Part shown: positions 39,249 through 50,644 of the stretch, one piece after another | Numbering within the stretch: position 1 is the stretch's first letter | Layout: each line of letters starts with the position of its first letter | Assembly (NCBI RefSeq): GCF_040938485.1 | Contig: NW_027270909.1 | Coordinates: forward strand, 3,224,001-3,288,000 | Length of the DNA stretch: 64,000 bases | Origin: Diadema antillarum | Lineage: Eukaryota | Direction of reading: 5' to 3' | The notes under the pieces: generated by a model | What the model was told of the DNA's origin: nothing | Database searches by the model: none | What the model saw: only the letters and a program-made list of their open reading frames with translations | Program-made: the position numbers and the translations under genes

Positions 39249-41187
39249 CATCATATTAAAACAAATAACACAAGACTCACCTTTGTTCGCACACATTGTA
39301 AATGTCAGGAATTGTTTTATACTTTGAATTCAATAGCTTAGTGGTTCTACTAAAGCAACTTTTACCTTTATGAATCCCTTCTTGTTTCCGATACTGCAGT
39401 AGATACACATTAACAAAATTAATGTATATAGATATGAGAACATCAGTGCTTCCCACAATTACAGAGTAAATGTTTAACAAATAATATGGATATTTAAATC
39501 AGTGCGATGATGATCGCATCAAACTGCGAGACTATAAGCGATTCAACGTTTTAACTTAATTGTTGGAAAACAAACTTTACCATTTTATCATTTTTAGATT
39601 TTGAACTCTTTTTCTTGACTCGTCAATATGAAAATCAGTCAGAAGCACTTACTTTCCAAGTTGCACCATTTCACCTGATTATTGCATTCCACGTCAAGGT
39701 ATCCTCACACAGACCATGCAGACAATGTCAAAATATGTTGATTTCAGCGGCATTTGCATTGTTTTGTCTTGTTTATGAGAAAAATAGCCTGAATGAAATC
39801 GGTATGCACACATACAGTTTGTAAAGTAGAATTACAGCTCAACTGGATTGCTAGCACGTTTTCTTTTTCCACAATCAAGTCAGTAAAGCTACAACGGAAT
39901 AGGATTCACAGTGCGCCATAATTCTCGACACTGTTTAAATAATGTGACTAGACTGTGTTCTGAATAATGCATTCTTTCGGTGAGGACTGTCTGTAAACCA
40001 GCAGCGTTCATCCTCCCTTAGGATCGGCGATCCATGAAAATATGGTACAAGAATACTGACACCTCCTCCCCCCCCCAAAAAAAAAACAACAACAAACAAA
40101 CAAACAAACAAACAACAACAACACCAGCAACCCACATGATAAGGTGAAACAAAACTTTGAGAAATACATGCATAATGTCTTCTATATTATATTCATATAA
40201 ATGATAACTGACTTTCATTGTGCTACAGTATATAATATGCATGACTAACGCATATTAAACAATATAAAGGCTTGCATATTATCTGAACGTAAACGGTATA
40301 CCCATTATCTTCATTTCTATGAATAAAACGTCAGTTGACTCCAATCATCTTGTGTAATTGGACACGAATTATGTCGCATACAGTGCAAATGAATTTACAG
40401 GATGGTATATTGATGATAGAATGAGGGTCGCTTTCTTGAACTTTTGGAACTTTTTTTTTTTTACTTTTATAGACTAAGATGATATTCCTCAGCACACGCA
40501 GGGAAGCAGAAAAGATCTTGCATGTGCTGTCCACGAAACATCAGCTACTGTATGTAGGCTGTTGGACTGATCTCTTTCCTCCAGTCATCTAAGAGACATT
40601 GCATTAGATTAGAAGACTACTGCAGTTTGTGATGTCACAAACAAAGAAAGAGATAGCAGAGGAAATTATATAATCCTTATTATGTCAGCGACAAAGAAAT
40701 TCCTGAAGAAACTGAAATTCTTTTCATATCGTTTTTACATCTTATGTGCCATCATAAAATGTAGAAGTCTCCTCAACCATCGATGGCAGCTGTGAAACTT
40801 GAAAATTCAGAACTATTGAAATAATATTCCTGCATTCATTCAATTCACCTTGTACAATCCACACATTTATTTGAGAGAACTCGTCCTGAAACAAAGTTAC
40901 TGTTCATACATGTTTTTGTTTGTTTTGTTTTGTTTTTGACACTGGATTCAGAGAAAGACTCAACTGTTGTGGCTGTAATTGCAAATATTTTGCTGCCTCT
41001 TCAATATGAATGATATCGTTCAGTACGGAATGCCCCTCCCACTCCAAAGTTGCACTAGCTTCTATGACTCAATCAAAAGGGGATTATATGTATATATATA
41101 TATATATATATATGTATTGAAACAAGAGAGGGAAAACTGACCAGAAACAAACAATAATAAATAGTGAGAACTTTGAGCAAAGAAAAT

Positions 41188-41264
41188 GGGTTTTCATCGG
41201 GATTCGAACCCGAGACCTCCGGATTACTAGACCGGTGCTCTACCGACTGAGCTATTGAAAGCCC
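41188..41264 (-). other. tRNA-Thr(AGT)-like sequence, probably a SINE head or pseudo-tRNA
   Basis: TAGCTCAGTCGGTAGAGC (A box/D arm), CTAGTAA anticodon loop, GGTTCGAATCCC (B box/T arm). Acceptor and anticodon stems are imperfect. Confidence 0.6.
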
Positions 41265-41399
41265 TAGATCAGTATTCGTTCCAAACCCTTAACTCTCTTT
41301 GCTCGTGTGGTCACAAGCTATAGTGTGTGTATGTGTGCCACACACACACACATTAACCTTTGTTAATGTTTTACTCTTTTTTTTGTCCGTTGCTCTCGA

Positions 41400-44300
41400 T
41401 TACATCGTGTGTTTCCATGGATATGTAGGGAGCGAAACAACTTCGTATGGGCCTTCTTGAAAGAGTTTATCATGTCCAATCTGAAAGCCCTCGACATGTA
41501 GCCTTGAGACTGACCTTAGAAGGTTGAACACATCATCTGAGAGTATATTGGTATCAGACGGTCTTTGCAAGGATCCTGTCACTACTACGTCATTAGTGCA
41601 AACCGTTGATGTTGTAGCCACTTCCTGAATGACGGGAGATAAAACTGGATGAGGACCGATTTGCAGGAAGAAATTGAATCCATCTTGCAGAAGTTTCTGA
41701 ATGGCAGTCATAAATTTTACCGGCTGTCGAACGTTCATCCACCAATACATAGCACTGTTGACTTCTCTAAAATCGGAGTAATTGCTTGTGACCGTTGAAA
41801 CAAGGGGAACATTCGGTGTCATGTTGGTAGTGTGTTTCTCCTCAGAGAATTTTAGAAACTCTAATTTCGACAACAAAGACTCACGTATCTCTTCCTGTTG
41901 GAAGCTGTGGAAACCGTTGTTGACGTTGAGCATCTTACACTTTATTCCCTGTTCTCGAAGATTCGCTGTGAATTCATCTAGTGCCTTATAACCTCCTGCC
42001 AAGACTATTTCTGTCGGGCTGTTAACTGCTGCAATATCGATTTCACTATCGTATCGACTGTTCTTCAGGCGTGTTTCGATATCTTCAACGTCATGCAATA
42101 TGGCTACCATCGTACCAATGCCATATGTCTTATTCAGCTCACGCCCTCTAATGTATATGAGACGAACAGCATCATCAAGAGTCAAGTGCCCGGCGGCATG
42201 AGCTGCGGCCACCTCGCCGACGCTCTGCCCCACGATTGCATCTGGGCAGATTCCCCGAGAGCGGTAGTATTCAGTCAACCCAACTTGGACAGCAAAGAGG
42301 GAGGGTTGTGCAACATCTGAAAACGTTTTAAAGGTAAGTAGAAGCAGCAGATTAGTTATTCGGTGTGCCTAAGACTACTGATTGTTATCCACGCGTCATC
42401 TCTTGTTAGTTTGCTTGTTTTGTATACCCGCAAGAAACAAGAAACATTATCTAATTATACTTTTATTTAATATTAGCGAATTAGTTTTACTGCACACGCA
42501 CAGCACTCACTCACATCTTCCTTTTCACTCTAACGCGTGATATTGCAATATCAAACAAATAAAACTACTTTCGGTGAGGGGCAAACCTGAGTAACAATGA
42601 CGCCATAAGCCCAGTCAAGCCATATGCTTATGATGATGGTCTCATGCTTCCTTAATGAATCCTATGTACTGCTTTTTTTCTGTATTATTACGCAATTATA
42701 GATGTTTTACAAAACATTAGTTGTGTACGTAGTATAAACTGCACTTTTGTCATATTCTCCTTCGCCATTTGGTTGTTTTTTCAATCGTCACACTCATGAA
42801 ATTAGTTTTGATTTGATTTGATTTTGAGCAGATACGAACTGAATTATTATAAGAAAGCTGAATCAGCCTTAAAATAAATCAAAGTGATACAATTTGAAAA
42901 GAACATTTGTTTATTTGACCTGATTATATCAAATTGAGGAACAATAACATCGCTTTTGAGACTTATTACCACTGACCTGTTTGGTTTATTTTCTCTTGGT
43001 CATCTTCATCCGTCAAGAGGTGTACCAGTGACCACGTTGCTCCACATCTTGTAAGTATTTTGTCAATGTTCTATCATCGGAAAAAAAGCAAAAGCAAAAA
43101 CAACAACAGCAAAAATGTATATTTATATAAACTGGAAAACTCTTACACTTTTCCGAAAAAGGAGGAACAGTGAAAGGAAAGCTACGCACTGTTTTTCCTT
43201 CTTTTCTCATTATATCACTTATAAATATATACATATTATGTATATAATATGGCTTATCGAAGACAAACTGGTAATCTTTCTGGCAAGATAACATAATTCA
43301 AGGCGTATTCGAATTCGTCAGTGGAATCAATATAGTAGAGATAAGAGAAATAGAACAGAAAGAAGGAAAGGACAGAAAGAATAAATTCGATGATTTGAGA
43401 ATACCTGTATGACACTGCGGAATTTCGGTTCTTCTGCCATGAGACGACGAGCCATTCCCCGCCACTGGGAGCCCATCCCGGGGTAGACGAAGACCAAGCG
43501 ACGAACTGGAATGCTCGTATCCCCAGCCTGGCCCTCTATGACAGTAGTAGCGGCTTTGACATCTTGTTGGAGTTTAAGTCTGATCTGGTTCCTTGCATCA
43601 CTTGGGGATCTTATGATGATACCCACGCGATGGTCGAGATGGCTGGACCGTACACCTGCAGTGTACAATGCGTTTTTATACAAAATCTCGTCATCTCTTA
43701 TTACTTCTGCCATAAAGGCTTCCCACTTCTGGAGGTATTGAGCGAGTGCGTCCCTGCTTGCTGCCGATAGGAACAAAACTGACGGTTTCTCTGTGACTTT
43801 CCCATTAAAAAGTTGTGTTTGTCTGTTTCTAGGTTCAAAACCTTCCAGAACTATGTGAGCATTGGCACCATCGAAACCAAATGAACTGCAACCAATCAAC
43901 TGCTTGGCCCCACTTGGCCATTTAGTAATTTCCGTTGAAACACACAGGTTCAAGGGTGAAAGGTCGACGTTCTCATTTCCTTTACTGAACTGTACTTGCT
44001 TTGAAATCTTTTTGTTTTGCAAGCTTAGTGCAGCCTTGATTACACCAGCTACGCCAGCTGCTGCATCGGCATGGCCAAAATTTGTCTTTAAGGATCCAAG
44101 GAACAGCGGAGTTTGATCTGACCGACGTATGAATCCCAAAGCTTCACCTATAGCATTGGCGCCTGATGCGTCCCCGGCACTAGTACCGGTACCGTGCAGG
44201 TCGAGGAACGCTACGTCTTCAGGGTTGACTTTGGCATCACCGCACGCCTTTTTGAGGAGGGCAATCTGTGCTTCATAACTAGACTGACCGATTCCAGACG

Positions 44301-45875
44301 TTCGACCGTCGTTAGAGAACGTTCCTCCCCGAATGACCGCGTAAACCCTGTCTCCATCCTCAATGGCCCGTTTCAATGGCCTGAGAACGACAGCCCCTAC
44401 ACCTTCCCCACGACAGCGGGCCGAGTCATCAAATGTTTTGCCTTTCCCTTCTTGGGCGTCATCGTCGCCCTGAGAGAAAATGCTTGTCCCACCTGCTACA
44501 GCCATGTCACACTCGCCTTTCCTCAGTGCTTTCCATGCAAGGAGAATTGCATCCAGAGATGACGAGCACGCTTTGTTCACCGTCAAGCTAAGTCCACGAA
44601 AGTTGTACTCATACGATATTCTATTTGATACCATATGTGACCCTGCATCACAAAACAAACAGAAAGTCGCCAGGCATAAAACTTTAGCTAAGAGCATATT
44701 CTGAAAGAGCAGACTTTAATCTTTAAAATGATGTATAACTCAAACCAAATGGACTCTCCTACCCTATCTAGATATTGGAAAGCAGGCACACACTCAGGAA
44801 AAGGGTGAACTGAGAAAAGATGCTCTGAAGTACAGTGTCTATTCAAGGGCTTAATCTTTACCAAAGCCGTGCTGCCTGTGCGATGAATGGTTAGTTATAG
44901 GAGTTGAAAGTGAAGAGTGTGTACAAGGTTTCTCAGAAATGAAAAGGAGACTGTAAAGAAACATTAAATCACACTTTTCTGCAAAAAAAAAAAAACAATG
45001 TTCGAGATAAACTGCTAAAAAACACTTTCCTGCCCGTTTTATGATCCCAAATTTTAGCATAATGTAGAAGAAAACTTGCTGTTTCAGAAAAGATGAAAAA
45101 GTCAAGATCGGCTCGGTTGACCCATTTCACCTATTTTCAGTGCTCACACAAAATCAGTGTGCGACTTTTGGTTCGTTTTGTGATGCACGGTCACATAATG
45201 TGAATTACCACTATTTTTGGTGTACAGAATGACAACGTCCGTAGGAACTCCAATAAGGAGGCTGAACTCACTCGCAGCCATGCCCATATACACTCCGATG
45301 GTCGATCCACGTACCGACTGGGCTGGTATTTCTGCGTCTTGAAGGGATTCCCAAACCACTTCGAGAAGGATCCGAACCTGTGGATCCATTTTGTTTGCCT
45401 CTTCTGGAAATGGAGAAAAAAAAAACAGAACATGAAATATGTAACGTAAGCTGCAATTGGACACCCAGGCTCTAAAGTTAATTTGCATTGCATTAGTAAA
45501 GTAAAGAAATCCTTTTAGTTTGTCGCAGAGACTGGCCGAAATACGTCCTAACGGAGAAAAACATATCCCCCTGCACCTCTAAAAGAATAAGATACCTGGA
45601 GATATTTTGAAGAATTCTCTGTCCAAGTATTCTTGATCCTTTTTGAGGTATCCAGCACACTTGTACTTCTTCCAGGGACACTTCTCACCAGGGGAAACGT
45701 AGGACACCTCGTCAGAGGGTTCGGGAGGGATAGATGTTGTGCAGTCCATGCCCTTGTCAAGCACATCCCAGAACCTGTAGACACTGTTAATGCTGTCGGC
45801 GAATCGACATCCGATGCCAACGATGGCGACCTTGCCATCGACCGACATCGTTGGGTCGGTTAAGGAGTCCGTCAT
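41400..45875 (-). CDS. Type I PKS/FAS-like KS-AT gene, truncated after the AT (predicted exons 45875-45596, 45403-45209, 44642-43405, 43070-42977, 42316-41400; 907 aa); functional didomain or decaying pseudogene
   Basis: KS motifs VAIVGIGCRF, MDPQVRILLEV, ACSSS, HGTGT, KTNFGH, SSFGF. AT motifs VFVYPGMGSQW, QPSLFAVQ, GQSVGE, GFHS, IGPHPVL. Post-AT linker LPTYPW followed by TAA. All four proposed introns are GT-AG with matching phases. Confidence 0.8.
44636..45195. mobile_element. TGTGACC-terminus MITE inserted in the PKS KS coding sequence
   Basis: Same TIRs and interior as 26722-27412 and 58139-58824. TA flanks. Confidence 0.85.
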
Positions 45876-48128
45876 ACTTCCTTCGACTGTGGCAACTTAG
45901 AAATAGTATCATAAATGGTACAAAAATATTAATAAAAAGTCATTAACTCTGTTTTAGATTTGAAAAAATATGACAATGATAAGAATGTCATTGTTCAGAA
46001 GGGAAAAGAGAAAGTATAGCAAGGTCTTGACGTTCATATCAGTCTTTCTGCAATTAATTGTAATCAGGCATGAAAAGAATAATCATAATGTTTATCAAAA
46101 GAAGTCTTAAATATTAAGATGTTTATCTATTCTTTTTAGAAAATTATTGATAGCATATGTTGCAGTGGACACTCTTTCGGTAGAAATTTTACCCGAAATA
46201 AGCTTGGACGCTCCTGTAGCTAGAAGAAGACATTTACCCATTGTATGTACACCAAAGAAGAGAATGTTTAAGCATATCATATCGTAATGCTACCACATAA
46301 TAATGGAACTTGCCATGCATTGCTCACAGAGCGTTGATATACAAGGTGATCTTTTACAAACTAATAAATCAGTAGGACCATCAACGGCACAACCTGGGCC
46401 AGCAGCATGTTCTACCACTTTTGTGGAAGTCTAAAGTTTTTCTTGGAAATAAGTTTCATTTATGCTAGGTGTGTTGTTATGGCTGATTCTTCTTACAAAA
46501 TAAAAGGACACGCAATAATTACTCATACTACAGTTATTGATACTACACACTACAGTTATCGAATAAGAAAAACACAAAGAGCAGCTTTTAAGTGTAGATT
46601 AAAGGGATCGTATAGTATTGGTTGAGACCTGACTTTAGGTTTCTAGCATTCTGTTTGTGTGTGTATGCAATAATGATAACTCTCTTCTATAAGACATAAA
46701 AGAGAATGTTATTCCAATAGGGATTCAATGTTTATTTCATGGAAAGTGGTTTTGCAATGCCTGAGATATCCCAAACAGAGCAATTCTAATAAAAAGTGGG
46801 ATCCACCGTTTGGATCCTTCAACCATTTCAAAATCGATTTTCATCTATAAATAAATTTTTAATTCTTAACATGGTATGCTCTGTATTATTTCATAAGTGA
46901 TTTCTTGCTATCTCACAGTTAAAAGCCCAATCATTATCTCCACAAATACTATACTAGACTTTAGACTTCGGAACGCGTGAACATCTGGCTTGTTGTACTG
47001 CCCTCAGTGCACTTGCCCCTCAGTGTACTAAGCTATACTGGCTGGTAATTCTAATTCTAATTTTTCTTTCAATGTTAGTACTTGTATGTTCACTCTTTAG
47101 GTTTCCCGTATCTCTTCCGATGACTCGCATGTCGAGTCGTTCTCTTTTCACCATTTTTCAAATCATATTATTACACTATTGTCAACATAGTTAAATCAAT
47201 TGTTCTTACATCTGCAGAATGTGGTCGTCTGTTTATCACTATTTGTATTGAGAAGGTTCTGTTAGTGCCCCAGGTAATTTTGCCTTTCATTTTTGTTTTT
47301 TTTTCTTTATTTTGGTCCTACGTTGCATCCGTGCTCCTCATCTTACACTCTGTTCAGAATTTTGGACCTACGCTTAACAAGCTCGCTTTTAAGTAGGTTC
47401 CATCATATTTCTTTAGCGTTATACGTAGAACCAAACGTACGATGATTGACCGCTATGTTTTACATGCTTACATTGATTTACTGTGCATCCAAGCCGGATA
47501 TTATGATTCACTATGTTTTTATTATATTTGATGTACATTCCTTCATTGAGAAATATGAAAATAAATTATATTAAAATCAAATTGAAATACTATACTATTC
47601 CTTTAATGCTATCTCGAATAGCACAGTGCTATTCTCAAAGCAACACGAACATAGACATGGAAAAGTAGTAGCTGATGTCGAATTTACGAGGCAAAACAAC
47701 ACTGTGACATTAGGAATACAGGTACAAAAGTGACACCGGGATGATTGTGCGATTATGCGGTCAAAGAACAAGCTTACCTGTACTCGGAACAAGATATGCA
47801 CTCACGAAGGAATTTGAAGCAAGGGAAGCAATTTAAAGTAGTTCACTATGCCGGATTACAGAGCAATGATAGCTGTCTCTGCCGTATCACACAGTGAGCG
47901 TACTAAGTTACCCTGGTTGCTTTGTGGCGCAAAAAACAGGTTTAACGTAAATGAGCCTACTAGCTTGTGATTGGTCGGGTCAAATATAATAGTCAATACG
48001 ATACGTCAAGAGTCAACTGAGGCGTTCAATTTTTCTGCATTTTTTTTTTCTGTTGAACGTTCGTAAGTTTTTCATCACGTCTACAACTCATGTGGACCAA
48101 TATTATAGCGATAGTGTTAATTCTTGCC

Positions 48129-48159
<31 letters not shown>

Positions 48160-48889
48160 AGATCTGTACATGATATCCTTTTTCATTTGTAATCTTCATT
48201 TGCATTAGGGAACAGAAAGCAAGCCTTTGAAATAATGCATTATTCGTCTGTCATTTTTCATAATCAAAGCAAAACATTTGGTCGAATTCCACAAGGTGTT
48301 TCCAGACGGAATTATTCCATACCATTATTTTTGTCTTTCCGTGATTCTTAGAAGTGATAACGAATGCTGTTACTGAAGCACATCACTGGGCACCATAAAA
48401 TCATCGTCTCACATAAATGAAGATTACACCTTCGCTCATTTTGTTTTTTATGTAGGTTTATTTGTTGCCATTGTATATACATTATGATTGTTCTGATACT
48501 TGCCATGTCGTAGTGTTAGTGTGTGAACTTACGTGGTACCTTGGTCTGCTGTCGGTGGTTTCAGTGACTGATCTGAATGTTTACTCAACTGATTATTATT
48601 ATCATGATGGGGAATGTCACTTTACATCATTGGCGGTTGGCCTTTGTGCTGCTGAGTACAACTTATTTGTACCCAGCGTAGAGCCCCACTCACAAGCATT
48701 GCTTCTTTCGGGGTCCTTACAAAAATGTGAATTTTTGTATCAGCGGTTTCTGTTATCTTGTTATTTATGTTTGGTTTTTGAATAAAATTGAATGGAATTG
48801 AATTAACCGTCAGAGCCATTGTAGCGGCAAGCTTTCGTTTACTACTGTGGACTTACCCAAGCCAAGCGTTTCTTGTAACATCTTAGCTG

Positions 48890-49275
48890 ACTGTCTGGTA
48901 TGTTTTGGATGACTGGAGCATAAACAGGTGATAAAAGGCCTGTCTAGTATGTTTTGGGACGACTAGAGCATAAATAAGTGATGAATGGCCTGTCTGGTAT
49001 GTTTTGGGATAACTGGAGCATGAATAGGGGATAAAAGGCCTGTCTGGTATGTTTTGGATGACTGGAGCATGAATAGGGGATAAAAGGCCTGTCTGGTATG
49101 TTTTGGTATGACTGGAGCATAGGTAGGTCATAAGATGACTGCCTGGTATGTTTTGGGATGGCTGGAGCATAAATAAGTGACAAAAGGCCTGTCTGGTATG
49201 TTTTGGGACGACTGGAGCATAAATAGGCGACAAAAGGCTGGTCCGGTATATTTTAGGATAACTGGACCATACTGG
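48890..49275. repeat. ~50-bp minisatellite, ~7.5 copies
   Basis: Unit approximately GGCCTGTCTGGTATGTTTTGGGATGACTGGAGCATAAATAGGTGATAAAA. Confidence 0.9.
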
Positions 49276-50277
49276 AGCTTGAATCTCCTTTTGTGAAAGG
49301 TATTTTTAAATGCGTATTTGACTTTCATAAACAACAACAACAACAACAAAACTGTTGACCATTAATAGAACATTAACTCTGTTTAGTGACAGATCATTAA
49401 ACTTGATCAAGTTTAGTATCATTTCACTTTATTTAAAACACGTTGTCAGGAAAGCAATTATGATGCCAAATTATGTGATTTCAATAGCGTTTCTAGAACT
49501 GTTGGAATAAATATTTCTTGGTAATGATTCATTATGTTGAACTACGGATCAGACCATAAAAAGGGTCCAAATTGAAAATAGGAATACATGTGAATGCACC
49601 TATATATAGATTGTGTAAACTACGACTTTTCGCCAGTCTATACTTTTGAGTGCATATTTTGCAGACACTGAACAGTCGTAATGTCTTATGTAATACTGTG
49701 GTATGTTATTGTCCAATCAAACATTTTGTCAACACGTTACAGATTCCATTTAGGGTCTTGCCATGGGGCTCTCTGAATTCATCATTAGCAATTCCACACT
49801 CTACTTCGTTTCCCTCTCTTCCTCTTTCCCTCTGCCCCTCTCTAACCTTCTATGCAGAGCTTGACGGCAGGCACCAAATGGCTTAATAGTTGTACATGTT
49901 ACTTTTTGTGTCTTACTGATCATATCCTGGTGAAAGTTTTAATGCAACAATAGTTTATAGTATATACACCAAAGTAGGCTGTATAATAATGATGGCTCGG
50001 TCACAGTAAGTTCATATTAATGTATAGTCTGTTTGTTTTTCTTCTACTTCTTTTTCTTCTTCTTTTTTATTACATAAAATTTGGCAACCTTACATCATCA
50101 TTCTGGTCTTCTATCCGTTCTCCGTTTCTTTTTCACAAACACTGATTACTCGGGGCTTACAGCCAAACAAGCTAGCTTTCATGTAGGTCCCGTCATACTT
50201 CTCTTTGATCTTTGATTTGATTAAGAAGACTATTTCTGAGTGTATACACATATAATGTATTTATAGCAACATCTCCA

Positions 50278-50462
50278 GAGAATTCCCTGGCCGATGGATT
50301 AGTTTCATATTTGAACAGGGTGCGCAGACGATACACATGGGTTGCAGCAGTCCAAATGGTAGTCATGGAATGTAGATGGAAGGAACTAGGAAGTAATATG
50401 AAAACACGTTCCGTATTCGCACAGGTGACATAATCTTTATCCGGTAAGCCGGTGGTATATAA
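50278..50462 (+). promoter_or_regulatory. IL-17 copy 4 promoter: degenerate kB GAGAATTCCC 50278-50287, TATATAA 50456
   Basis: Same motif order. The second G of the kB site is changed to A. Confidence 0.65.
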
Positions 50463-50644
50463 CTCGTCAGTGTGGTGTTTTCTCCATTATCTTAAGCCTG
50501 CATGTGAGGATATCCAGTGAGTTACATCCAGCATTTCTCGCTAGGAAAGATACATCATTGTCTACCTACACTCGAAAAGATCCGAAAACCCTGCAATAGA
50601 AAATCCACAGGGAGAAGTCAAAGGACATCAATACGAAGCTCAAA

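Noticed and set aside
39930-40900. Possible minus-strand exons downstream of the PKS (DDWRKEISPTAYIQ*LMFRGQHMQDLFCFP; VSILVPYFHGSP)
   Set aside because: No resemblance to DH/KR/ER/ACP motifs, one internal stop, and no consistent splice chain could be built.
44643-44697. Signal-peptide-like start MLLAKVLCLATFCLFCDAG of the 456-aa ORF
   Set aside because: Encoded by the MITE terminus, not by the PKS.
48890-49275. CRISPR-like periodicity here and in the 15-bp arrays at 4140-4612 and 6279-6760
   Set aside because: Units are tandem with no unique spacers, the context is eukaryotic, and there are no cas genes.
48883-49349. Repetitive ORFs (PKHTRQ/QNIPDR repeats)
   Set aside because: Translations of the 50-bp minisatellite.
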